In this document: positions 9,164-18,500 of the stretch, one piece after another
Layout: each line of letters begins with the position of its first letter
How positions within the stretch are numbered: position 1 is the first letter of the stretch
IMG/VR virus record: IMGVR_UViG_3300035701_000002
From: a virus
DNA length: 64,000 nt
Direction: 5' to 3' (one strand)
Notes under the pieces: generated by a model
Seen by the model: only the letters and a program-made list of their open reading frames with translations
What the model was told of the DNA's origin: nothing
Database searches by the model: none
Made by a program: the position numbers and the translations under genes

Positions 9164-10106
9164 TCTTCAGTCCTTCCGCATACTTCTCCAGGACGGCGTA
9201 CGACTCGATCACAGCCTGATACTCTGACTGCGCGCTGTGCGACCCGTTGTTCCGGTCGGGGTGCAGCGGGCCTGCTCTCTTGAGCATCGTACGCTTGCAG
9301 AACCTGAGATCTACGGCATGCCCGTACACGTACGGGAGGTTCAGGACCTCGCACGCATGCCTGAAATGCTCGCGCGTGACCCTCTGCCTCCGGACGTCCT
9401 TCCGGGCGACCGACCTGGAGGCGGTGACGCGGCGCCTGAGGTCCTCGGCGGCCTCGCGCACATAGCTTAGGAAGTCGTCCTTCGCAATCCGAAGGTTGAG
9501 GGCCTCGTCAGCGTCAGGATCGGCGAGGCTAGAAAGGACATAACTGTCGGCCAGGGACATGAGCTCGGAGAGAAACTTCTTCGACCGGGAGTTCTGGGAC
9601 GACGATCCGTCGAAGTTGTAGTCCTTGGGACGGTCGGACGGCCCCGGAACGGACGGGGGGTCAGAAGGACGAGGGGTACGGCCGCCGGGGCCGGACTTCC
9701 GGAAGACCTTCCCTTCCGGGGAACGCGCCATGTACCCCAGAGAGTTGTACCCGTCGATCACGGACCTGACGGCGTCCTCGTGGGTGGCCTGCCCGGAGGT
9801 AACGATCTTGCGGGCGTCCCTGAAGAGGCGGATGACGGTGTACAGCGAGGCGCCGGAGTCCGCCATGCCCCAGAAGGGATCCGCCCAGGCACCAGCCCCG
9901 ATGAGATTGCTGCGGTGCTCATACTCGGCGGACGTCCCGCCGAGAGCGGAAGCGAGCCATTCCCTCCTGTCCCCCTTGGGGACGTCCGGGCCGAGAGAAG
10001 AATAGTGGACCGCCCAGATCCTCCTCTCGGACTCAGCCTTCTGCTTCTCGCTCATGGCGCCGCACTCGCTCTTGTAGGCGGCCACGAGCTTGTCGAGCTC
10101 ATTCAT
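9129..10106 (-). CDS. J-domain (DnaJ-like) containing protein
   Basis: The C-terminus LKRAGPLHPDRNNGSHSAQSEYQAVIESYAVLEKY matches the J-domain helix II - HPD loop - helix III pattern (KYHPDRNPG...EAYEVL). Confidence 0.55.
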   Translation of the reverse strand: MNELDKLVAAYKSECGAMSEKQKAESERRIWAVHYSSLGPDVPKGDRREWLASALGGTSAEYEHRSNLIGAGAWADPFWGMADSGASLYTVIRLFRDARKIVTSGQATHEDAVRSVIDGYNSLGYMARSPEGKVFRKSGPGGRTPRPSDPPSVPGPSDRPKDYNFDGSSSQNSRSKKFLSELMSLADSYVLSSLADPDADEALNLRIAKDDFLSYVREAAEDLRRRVTASRSVARKDVRRQRVTREHFRHACEVLNLPYVYGHAVDLRFCKRTMLKRAGPLHPDRNNGSHSAQSEYQAVIESYAVLEKYAEGLKNENGDRNHEGR

Positions 10107-11016
10107 CTTCGGACTCCTCGGAGAGGGCGTCGCGGAGGACGCAGATCTCTCCCGAAAGACGTCCGGCCGCCTCGGCGATCCTGGACATGCGATCGGACTC
10201 CATGCGCTCCGCTGCGGACTTCACAGCCCCGACTACCTCCTGCCGGATAGAATTTACAGACGAAACGGCCGACTCCAGCCTCGAGGAGAGGGACGCGACT
10301 TCTTCGCGAATGCCGGAGCTGTCGACGATGGACGGGGGAGCAGGATCGGCAGTCGCGGACTCCATGGACTTCAGCCTCTTGGAGAGGGAAGACTGTCTCT
10401 CCCTGATGGCCACGACCTCGTCCTTCACGAACACGAGGGTCTCGGCCATCTGAACCTGGAGGTCCACGGACTTGGCGAATCTCTCGACCATGAAAGACAG
10501 CAGATCGTAGACCGCGGCAGAGTCGACGCGGCGCGGACGGACGGGGACCTCGGGGGCGACATCGAGCTCGTCCTCTCCCGTCCCAGGACCGACGGCCAGG
10601 TCGGGCTCGGGCTCGAGCTCAGGCTCGAGGGGCGCAGGAAGGACTGCCCCCATGAACTCCGCGACGGCGGACGGCCCCTGAGTCTTGAGTTTTTCCATAA
10701 GGGAGCTCACGAAGAACCGGTTCTTCACCTTGTAGAACGGGGACCACTGGCCGACAGTCCTGCTGTCCATGGCGCCCTTTGCGACGAGGACGTCGAGGAA
10801 GGGGCCGACCCCGTCAAGAACCCCGTCCTCCTTGAATCGCCGATATGCGGCCTCCACGTCCTTGGAGGACCCGTGGGCGGGGACGGTCAGGTGGTCGAGC
10901 CGGATGGGCTCCCCCTTGGCAAGGGAGGAGAGGGCGACAAGGACGACCGCATGGAGATCCTCCCACCAGGACTCGCTGACCGGCTTCATGGAGATCGGTA
11001 CCCCGGCGGGGGTCAA
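10099..11016 (-). CDS. hypothetical protein with C-terminal coiled coil
   Basis: 305-aa ORF with an acidic Pro/Glu linker and heptad-like C-terminus. Confidence 0.5.
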   Translation of the reverse strand: MTPAGVPISMKPVSESWWEDLHAVVLVALSSLAKGEPIRLDHLTVPAHGSSKDVEAAYRRFKEDGVLDGVGPFLDVLVAKGAMDSRTVGQWSPFYKVKNRFFVSSLMEKLKTQGPSAVAEFMGAVLPAPLEPELEPEPDLAVGPGTGEDELDVAPEVPVRPRRVDSAAVYDLLSFMVERFAKSVDLQVQMAETLVFVKDEVVAIRERQSSLSKRLKSMESATADPAPPSIVDSSGIREEVASLSSRLESAVSSVNSIRQEVVGAVKSAAERMESDRMSRIAEAAGRLSGEICVLRDALSEESEDE

Positions 11017-11936
11017 GACTTACGCTCCGGGGGGTACGCGACGACGCGGTCCCTGATGATGGCCGTCTGGGCGTCAGCGCAGTTCAGGAGAAGCCCGAGG
11101 GAAGGGCTGTCCAAGTGCCTCTGGACGTCACGGTAAAGGTCGTACGCACGGACGCGCAAAATCCGAGGGAGGCGACCGCCGCCGGGGGAGGTGCGGAAGA
11201 CCAGAACGCACATGTTGGACCCGCGGCCCTCCTCGGACTCGCTGATATAGCTCATCCTCGCCATGACCGCCGGACGGTATCCGAGGTTCTCGGAAAGGTA
11301 GGACTCGACGGCGTCGAGGCGAGACTCGCAAGCGCCGGCGGCGGCGCGTGCGCGGCCCCTCTCCCTGCCCGAGGCGAAGGTGCACGCAACGACACCCCCG
11401 GGGCGGACCGCCCGGGCGGCCAGGAGGACCCTCTGGAGGGTGGCGGGGGAGACGTGGGAGGTGAAGTCCAGGTATGCGGAGGAGAGAGGGGCGGGGAGGA
11501 GGGGGAGGACGTTCCCGACGTCGGACACGGTGACGGTGACCCCGGGATAGGACTCGCAGAACAGGACCGCGGCGCTCGGGTCAGAGTCGACGGCGATCAT
11601 GGAGGCGTCGGGGACGCCGAGGCCGCGGAGCACGGACGCGTCCCCGCCCTCGCGGGAGCAGAGGAACAGGTGCGGGCCGCCGACGAACAGGGCCTCGCCG
11701 AGGCTGTCGCGGACGGCCTCCCACACCCTGAGGCGGACCGCCTTCTTGGCCCTGGAGTCCCCACGGTATGAGGAGAACCGGGGCATCGGACGGAGTCGGA
11801 CGGGCGAAGGAGGGCGCGCGGCCATGAAGTCGCGGACGGCCTCCATGACGGCGGAGCGGAACTCGTCGAGGACGATGTCGCGGACGAGAGAGCCGGGGGT
11901 CATCAGCGCAGGACTCCGCCGGACATCTCGTAGCAC
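11013..11936 (-). CDS. hypothetical protein (possible Rossmann-fold/methyltransferase-like)
   Basis: 307-aa ORF. The segment GVPDASMIAVDSDPSAAVLFCESYPGVTVTVSDVGNVLP loosely resembles SAM-MTase motifs II and III. The call is weak. Confidence 0.4.
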   Translation of the reverse strand: MLRDVRRSPALMTPGSLVRDIVLDEFRSAVMEAVRDFMAARPPSPVRLRPMPRFSSYRGDSRAKKAVRLRVWEAVRDSLGEALFVGGPHLFLCSREGGDASVLRGLGVPDASMIAVDSDPSAAVLFCESYPGVTVTVSDVGNVLPLLPAPLSSAYLDFTSHVSPATLQRVLLAARAVRPGGVVACTFASGRERGRARAAAGACESRLDAVESYLSENLGYRPAVMARMSYISESEEGRGSNMCVLVFRTSPGGGRLPRILRVRAYDLYRDVQRHLDSPSLGLLLNCADAQTAIIRDRVVAYPPERKS

Positions 11937-12403
11937 TTCCTGAGATGGTCGAACGTCATGTGCTTGGCCGCGGTCCTGTCGGTGCCGGCGGAGACGATCC
12001 GCGGGACCACGCCAGTATCGTCGATCGACGCGATCTCGACGACCCTCTTGGCGACGTTCTTGTTGTACGGCTTCCCGCGCCAGGTCTGTCCGACGGCGAG
12101 GCCCATGTCGCGGGCCGGCTTCGGGAGCCTAGACTGCTCCTTGCGGGCCTTGCGCGTGGCGGCGGCCTTCCTGCCGGCCCTCTGCCTGACGGAAGCCCTT
12201 TCGGCATGCTCGTTGGCCGAGGTCTCCTCGGGGTCGTCCGAGCCGTCGTCCCGGTCCGCGGAGGGTCCGGCGTCCATGAGCTCCTCCATGAGGATGTCGC
12301 GGACGGCCTGGCGAATGTCCTGCCCGACGACCTCACGAACGATGGTGCGGATTGCTTCACGAAGCTTCATGGCTGTCTCCTGACAGCAGCTTACGCCGGA
12401 CAC
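11903..12403 (-). CDS. hypothetical protein
   Basis: 166-aa ORF. An alternative start, MKLREAIR, lies near 12370. Confidence 0.45.
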   Translation of the reverse strand: MSGVSCCQETAMKLREAIRTIVREVVGQDIRQAVRDILMEELMDAGPSADRDDGSDDPEETSANEHAERASVRQRAGRKAAATRKARKEQSRLPKPARDMGLAVGQTWRGKPYNKNVAKRVVEIASIDDTGVVPRIVSAGTDRTAAKHMTFDHLRKCYEMSGGVLR

Positions 12404-12411
12404 GATCCAAT

Positions 12412-13776
12412 TTACGCAGGATCACCCCGGGGAGGGAAACGGTCCAGGTGGATGCCGCGATGGACGCCAACGCTGACGGGATCCGCCTCGACGGCCGGCT
12501 TCATGGAGTCGAGCGCCAGGTCCCTGAGGGCGCCAAGGTCGTCCGCGGTGTCGGAGAGCCGCTTGAGGAGGGCAGCACTGGTGCGAGGACGGGCCGTCCG
12601 GGAGGCAACCTCGGTGCGGAGCGACGCAATGGCCTCGAGGACGGGCGTGTCAGGACGGGAGGGCTGGTGGTGCGAGGACGCTATCGCGGCCGCGAGCTCC
12701 GACACGGCCTTCTTCACGAAGTCATGTCTGGACGACGAGGCCAGGGCCTCGGCCGAGGCAGACTTGTCCAGATCCGCGAGCCTCTTCCTTACGGAGTTCA
12801 GCTGGTGGCCAAGGGCGGAAGTCTCGAGCCCGGCCGCCTCGTGCTTCCTCTGCATCTCTATGGCGGCCTCCTCGGCGGAGGCGACCCCGTCCTTGAGCTC
12901 GTCCACGATGTCCGACAGGCCCTTGACGGTCTTGGCCAGTTCGAGGAGCGTGCTGAGGACCATGGAGTGCGACTTTGCCTGCGCGCCCAGCATCCCGGTG
13001 ATGGAGTCCAGGACGGAGAGGACCGCGGACTGGGCGCCGGCCTCCGGGGCGGAGGCGGGGGTCTGATCCGGCGGAGCCTCGGCCTCGGCCTCCGCGCTCT
13101 CAGGATCGCCGTCGGGCTCCGGGTCCCGGACGGGCTCTATCTCGAGCTGGACCTCGGGGGTGTCCAGGGGGGCCGACTCCGGGAGGGCGTGGTCCATGTC
13201 GCACGGGGAGTCAGGGAAGAGGAGCGTCATGAGGCAGTTGGGGCCCTTCTCCTTCCACTCGTAGATTCTCCGGAGGAGCTCTCTGTCGGCCGCCTCGTAC
13301 ACGACGGGGCTCCCGGAGGCCCGCACGGCGCCGACCTTCACGAGCGCGTCCATGAGCGGAACCTGCCACGTGGGGGTCCATGCGGCCCTCTCCTCGAACT
13401 TGTCGCCCCGCCTGGCCTTGAACAGGGAGGATCTCGACTGGGGCTCCGGGACGGACAGGAGCTTCTTCAGCACCCCGACCGAGACGTCCATCTTGCCCTT
13501 CCTCTCGGCCTCCTTGGCGGCGTACCTTCTGTTCCTCATCTCGGCCTCGCTTGTTCCGAAGGTGTCCGCGACCTCCCCGATCTCGTCCTCGAGAATCGCC
13601 ACGCTCCACAGACCGCCGGAGTTCGATTTCTCGTACATCTCCACGCCGCAGATCCGGCGCGACGAGACGTAGCCCTTCTTCATCATCGCGTCCACGACGG
13701 ACCTCTGGAGCTTCCTCCCGATCGTCCGGGGCCCGCGCGGGCCGCCGTACGCGGGGAAGATCTCGTCCAGGGTCAT
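12412..13776 (-). CDS. hypothetical coiled-coil protein
   Basis: The listed ORF (to 14190) overlaps the upstream gene, so the start was refined to Met-139, MTLDEIFPAYGG. The C-terminal half is strongly helical/coiled-coil. Confidence 0.5.
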   Translation of the reverse strand: MTLDEIFPAYGGPRGPRTIGRKLQRSVVDAMMKKGYVSSRRICGVEMYEKSNSGGLWSVAILEDEIGEVADTFGTSEAEMRNRRYAAKEAERKGKMDVSVGVLKKLLSVPEPQSRSSLFKARRGDKFEERAAWTPTWQVPLMDALVKVGAVRASGSPVVYEAADRELLRRIYEWKEKGPNCLMTLLFPDSPCDMDHALPESAPLDTPEVQLEIEPVRDPEPDGDPESAEAEAEAPPDQTPASAPEAGAQSAVLSVLDSITGMLGAQAKSHSMVLSTLLELAKTVKGLSDIVDELKDGVASAEEAAIEMQRKHEAAGLETSALGHQLNSVRKRLADLDKSASAEALASSSRHDFVKKAVSELAAAIASSHHQPSRPDTPVLEAIASLRTEVASRTARPRTSAALLKRLSDTADDLGALRDLALDSMKPAVEADPVSVGVHRGIHLDRFPPRGDPA

Positions 13777-13877
13777 CGGCAGCTCGGACTGGGCGAGCAC
13801 CGTGGCGGCGTACGCGATGATCCAGCGTCTGGCTTCAAGTCCGGGCACGTGACAGCTTACGCCGGGCGGGACAGGAC

Positions 13878-14369
13878 TTACGGCTTGACGGCCGTCATTC
13901 CCTCGCACGAAACGATCGGCGTCCCGCTCCGATCGGTAAGGCCGGACACGACATGAACATACGTCCTGCCGGTTCCGGCGCGGCCAAGATAGTCCAAAGG
14001 CGGCCCGATGTCGAAGGCCGTCTTGCCGCAAGAGGGGCACTTCAGAAGCGGAATGTCGTCCAGCATCTCCCCCGGAGACCAGTTCCGAACGTCGTGGACG
14101 ACGGAGGAAGACGGGGCCTTCGACGGGACGGCCATCCCGTAGGCGCGGACGAAGGCTTCTCTCTGGAAGACGACGGTGTCGCCGCCGCACAGGGCGTCGA
14201 CCCAGACGGCCCGGTCCGAGGGGCTCGACTTCCAGACCCCGGTCACGCTGAGGATGGCGCCGGGCTGGCAGAACTTCAGGAATCGCGGGTCCTGGAGGGA
14301 ATGCTCCAGGTCGTCGGCCCCGGGCGGGGAGGACCGCCTCCAGACGTCACCTACCTGAGGAAATGGCAT
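13878..14369 (-). CDS. hypothetical protein with CPSCG zinc-ribbon-like motif
   Basis: 163-aa ORF; the ATG at 14369 was verified in the sequence. Confidence 0.5.
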   Translation of the reverse strand: MPFPQVGDVWRRSSPPGADDLEHSLQDPRFLKFCQPGAILSVTGVWKSSPSDRAVWVDALCGGDTVVFQREAFVRAYGMAVPSKAPSSSVVHDVRNWSPGEMLDDIPLLKCPSCGKTAFDIGPPLDYLGRAGTGRTYVHVVSGLTDRSGTPIVSCEGMTAVKP

Positions 14370-14378
14370 GACGGAACC

Positions 14379-14558
14379 CTACGACTCCGTAACCTCGCGG
14401 GCCGGCTCGTCCCTGCGGGCGCGCTCCTTGAGCGAGTCCGCGTGCTTCCCGTAGCAGTCGGCGCTCCCGTGCGAGTAACGGACTTCCTCGCCGTAGCGCC
14501 TGCACAGCGCCTCGTAGTCCTCGATGTCGTCCCTGATCGCCGACATGATGCTTCCCAT
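14379..14558 (-). CDS. unlisted 59-aa small ORF (MGSIMSAIRDDIEDYEALCRRYGEEVRYSHGSADCYGKHADSLKERARRDEPAREVTES)
   Basis: Found by hand translation in the 200-bp gap downstream of the GIY-YIG gene. It falls below the ORF-track length cutoff. An internal ATG at 14546 has GGGAAG 6 nt upstream. Confidence 0.3.
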   Translation of the reverse strand: MGSIMSAIRDDIEDYEALCRRYGEEVRYSHGSADCYGKHADSLKERARRDEPAREVTES

Positions 14559-14572
14559 GCCGGAGGGTACAC

Positions 14573-15496
14573 CTAGGCTGCGAGGACGGCCGAGACGATG
14601 CGCGACCAGTAGAGGTCCTTCATCCGGGCGACCGCCTCGGGCGAGTGCTTCCTGCCCGTGGACGCGGCGGAGATCTTCGCCCTGGTCTCAGGGCTCGCCC
14701 GGTAGACGCGGCGCCTCTCGAGGAGCTCCGGGCGGCTCTGGGCCTCGCGGACGGCGGCCGAGTGCCTGGCCTTCACTTCGGGGTCGGAGAAAGCCTCCTT
14801 CGCCGCGGCGGAGATCCTCTCCTTCACTTCGGGGCGGGCGTTCGCGAGACGGGCGGCCTCGGACTGACGGGCCCTGGCGTCAGGATCGCTGAGGGAGGCC
14901 CTGAGAGACTCGGCGATGCGCTCCCGGTAGGCCGGGTCGTCCTGAAACGCCCGGCGCCTCTCTTGGACGGCGGGGTCGGCCATCACGGACTTCGCGGCGG
15001 CCGATCGCCTGGCCCTGGACTCCGGAGTGTTGAGCGCGGCCTTGGACCTGGCGCGAGCCTCCGGCGTGTGGCAGGCCCCGATGGTGACCGGGTGCTTCTC
15101 ACGGAAGCCGGGGCGGTCCCACGGATTGCGAACGGGGTGCGGCTGGTGATCACCACCAGACTTGAAGTTGAAGCCCTTCTCCGGGTTCGTCGTGTCGAAA
15201 TGGGCTACCCATCGCTTCTCCGCCTCGTTCGCGGAATCGAGGTCATGGCAAACCTCGAGAACCTCGTGCGAGAATGCGTCTTTACCGTAAACGCGAATGG
15301 CGTTCGCAAAGTGTGACCATCCTTTCATCTTTCCGTTTGCGGTGTAGACGTGCTGGTTCCAGCGCTTCAGCATCGTCTTCTTCGTCTGTCCGACGTAACG
15401 ACGCCCGGATTCGGTGTGGATATGACAGTAGATGGTGAATACGACTGAGGCCGCAGATCTCTCCGCGGCCTCACCCGATTTGTTGACTGAACTCAT
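14573..15496 (-). CDS. GIY-YIG homing endonuclease with NUMOD3-like repeats (I-TevI-like architecture)
   Basis: N-terminal motifs FTIYCHIHTESGRRYVGQTK...RWNQHV...N...EKGFN are GIY-YIG-like. The C-terminal half carries repeated SPE(V/T)(K/R)A(R/K)xS units (NUMOD3-like). The gene sits immediately downstream of the sheath gene. Confidence 0.8.
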   Translation of the reverse strand: MSSVNKSGEAAERSAASVVFTIYCHIHTESGRRYVGQTKKTMLKRWNQHVYTANGKMKGWSHFANAIRVYGKDAFSHEVLEVCHDLDSANEAEKRWVAHFDTTNPEKGFNFKSGGDHQPHPVRNPWDRPGFREKHPVTIGACHTPEARARSKAALNTPESRARRSAAAKSVMADPAVQERRRAFQDDPAYRERIAESLRASLSDPDARARQSEAARLANARPEVKERISAAAKEAFSDPEVKARHSAAVREAQSRPELLERRRVYRASPETRAKISAASTGRKHSPEAVARMKDLYWSRIVSAVLAA

Positions 15497-15544
15497 GATC
15501 TGAGATTAGCACAGGCCTTTCAGCCCGGCAATCTCAAATCGGTC

Positions 15545-18500
15545 TCAAAGTCTGATGCGAACCTGCATCGTAGCCACAATGTACTCGAGCGGGAAGACCG
15601 GGACGTAGATGGCCTCCGCGCGGAGGATCGTCGGGTCGTTCGCGTCGGTGAAGACCGCGAGCCCGGCGACCTTCGCCACGATCTGCTGGTCGATGAGGTT
15701 GCCGAACGCGCCGGTCAGCTGGGTCTCGACGGACTTGATGATGGCCCCGGTGAACTTCTGGCCGATGTACGGGTCGAGGACCTTGCGGATGGTCTGCTGG
15801 ACGAACTGGATCGTCAGCGTGACGGACGGGGTCCTGGTGATGACGGTGTCGGTCCGGGTCGTCAGGCCGTGGCGGATCCGGAGGCCGGTGTCCACCTGCT
15901 CGACGACCGTGACTCCGGAGACCGCCGTGGCGTTCGCGTCGGTCGGATCGAGGAGCCTGCCGAGGTTCTTGAACCCGATGAGGGACCTGCGCGTGATGGG
16001 CGTCGCGACGTCCACCGACGGGTTGCAGGTGGAGCCGGCCAGGGCCGCGGCGGCGTACGAGCCGTCCACGAGCTGGTCGAACGAGTTCCCCTGGTCGTCC
16101 GTCAGGGTGATGACGAACGAGTCGGGGTACGTGACGATCATGAGCTCGGACGAGAGGCCCCGGGCGATGGCCTGGACCCCGAGCGGCGACGTGCCGACCG
16201 CGACGCCGACGATGCCGGTGCGCTCGCCCTCCTGCCTCGGGCTGCTCATGAAGACGCAGTGCTGGTTGAGGTACGAGAAGATCTGCGGGTCGGTGGCCAG
16301 GGGCGTGATGACGTCCGGCTTGACCGAGCCGCTGATCGGCTTCTGCTGCTCGTCGATGGCCGCCACGTAGGACTGGAGGGTCGCCTGCGAGGAGCCCGGG
16401 GCCCTCTGGACCTGCTTCAGCCCGAGGAGGACCGCGCCGTTCAGGAGCGCGAAGCGCGCGCCGAGCGAGAGCGGATTGTCCGGGGTCGGAGGCCCGAAGG
16501 ACTGCTGGATCTTCTTGTTGTCCCGGTAGAGGCCGGTCGCGAGGTCCGTCTTCGCGTAGTCGTACGAGACGTAGTAGACGTCGCCGATCTTCGGGTGCGT
16601 CCCGGACCTCGGGTACGTCGTGAGGACCGCCGCGGTCCCGGGGTTCATGTTGTTCGTGTTGAACACGGTCGTCTCGACGCCGCCGATGCACCTGAGGGGG
16701 ATCGTCCCGTCGCAGGTGAAGGTCTGGCCGACGGCGAGCTTGAAGCTGCCGCCGTTGTCGTAGTCCCCGGCGGTGGCCGGGAGGACCGTGAAGCGGAGGC
16801 CCGTGGTCGCGTCCGTGTAGGTCTGGCCCGGGAACCCGGTCCCGTGGGAGCCTGCGAGGCCGGCCGAGCTGGAGACCGTGTACCCGGCCTGGGCGTTCTC
16901 GCCGACCGCGGAGCTCGAACCCGGGACGATCCCGAGGCCGGTGTCCGTGACGAAGGCAGTGCCTGCGACCGAGGTGAAGGCGATCGTCGAGGTGGACCCG
17001 GTCGACCTCGAGTTGATCTCGAGGTAGTTCCCGAGGCCCGGGACGGGGAGCCCGTACGCCACGGCGAGGGCGCCGAAGGCGACGTTCGCGTTCAGGGCGC
17101 TGGCGATGGCCTTCGCCGTGGGCTGAAGGCGCTGGGCGAGCGCCCCTCCGACGAAGCCGAGGACGTCGTTGGCGGTCCCGGTGCTCTTGATCCCGACGTT
17201 GGAGATCTGAGAGTTGACCCTCGAGGAGAGCCACAGCTGGCCGGCAATGGAGCCCGTGCCCGTGTGGGCGACGAGCTCGGAGAGCGTGGCCGTGGCCGCG
17301 TCGACGAGGTCGTTCGTCCCGTGGACGTGGTAGATGCCCTGGAGCTGGGTCCGGTGGGCGTTGTACGAGCCGAACGTCGTCGCGTAGCCGATGGCGTTCG
17401 CCAGGGCGATGACCGACGCGAGCCCCGCGGGCCCGACCGTGGTCGCGTTCGGGGCGACGATGACGTTCGTCGTGTCCGCCACGGCGTGGTACGCCGTGGA
17501 CGCGAGGTGGACGTTGAGCTTCGCCTTGATCTCGTTGGCGAGGGCCGCGAAGTTCGTGTACGGGCCGCCGGGGCCGTCCGGGACCGTGATCCCGAGGATC
17601 GTGTCCGTGACGTCGTTCACCTTGTGGACGCCCGACTGGAGGTAGTGAGCGTTGATCTTGGCCTTGAGGTCCGTGAGGAGGGCCTCCTCCGTCAGCTGGT
17701 CGACGGCGATGGCGACCGTCTCGGCGTTGACGGTGTCGTCGAACCCGTGGACGCCCTTCTGAAGGAGGTGGAAGTTGTACTTCTCCTTCAGGTCGTGGGC
17801 GAGCAGGATCGCGGTCGGGAGGTCCGTACAGGCCGGGAGGGCCGTCGGATTGACGGTGTCGCTCAGCTGATGGACGCCGGCCTGGGAAAGGTGGGCGTTG
17901 TAGTTCGTGCGGAACTCGTTGATCAGCGTGATGCTGGTGACGAGGTCCGTCGCGTTCGGCGACACGACCGGGTTCACCGCGTCTGCGATGAGGTGGTACG
18001 TGACCGACGGGATGTGGGAGTTGAAGGTCGCCTTCAGGTTGTTCGCCAGGGCGACGAGGTCGGCCGTGTACGTGGCGACGTCCGCCGCGGGGGCGACCGC
18101 GAGGTAGCCGTCGTTGATGGCGGTGACGACGTCCTCCAGGGTGGTGGCCGCGCCGGACGGCAGCGTGACGCCGAAGTCCAGGCCGTCCACGCTCATCTGG
18201 AAGTTGTTGTTCAGGCCGGACGTGATGTTGTACGGAGCGACCTTGGTTCCGACGAGGGTCGCCGGCTGGTTCATCGCGCTGTAGGAGCCGGCCGCCGACA
18301 TGTTCGGGGCGAGCCCGAACTTCGGGGAGCCGTCCGTCTGGCCGCCGGAGGTCGGGACGAGGACGAGGACGCTCGAGGTCAGGCCGTTCGTGAACGACTG
18401 GACGTTCCTGCCCTTGACCTGCAGGAGGGCCTGCGTCCCGTACGAGGTCGCGGAGGCGAGGGCGTTCGGCGCGGTCGAGAGGAACGTCGGGGACCCGTCC

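Noticed and set aside
8744-9283. Plus-strand ORF 8744..9283 (179 aa) as an alternative gene to 8570..9163
   Set aside because: Its translation is Gly/Arg/Pro/Asp-rich shadow-type sequence, while the minus frame has balanced composition.
11013-11936. Confident call of a DNA or RNA methyltransferase
   Set aside because: Only a loose resemblance to motifs II and III was seen, with no clear GxGxG motif I. It is left as hypothetical with a weak note.
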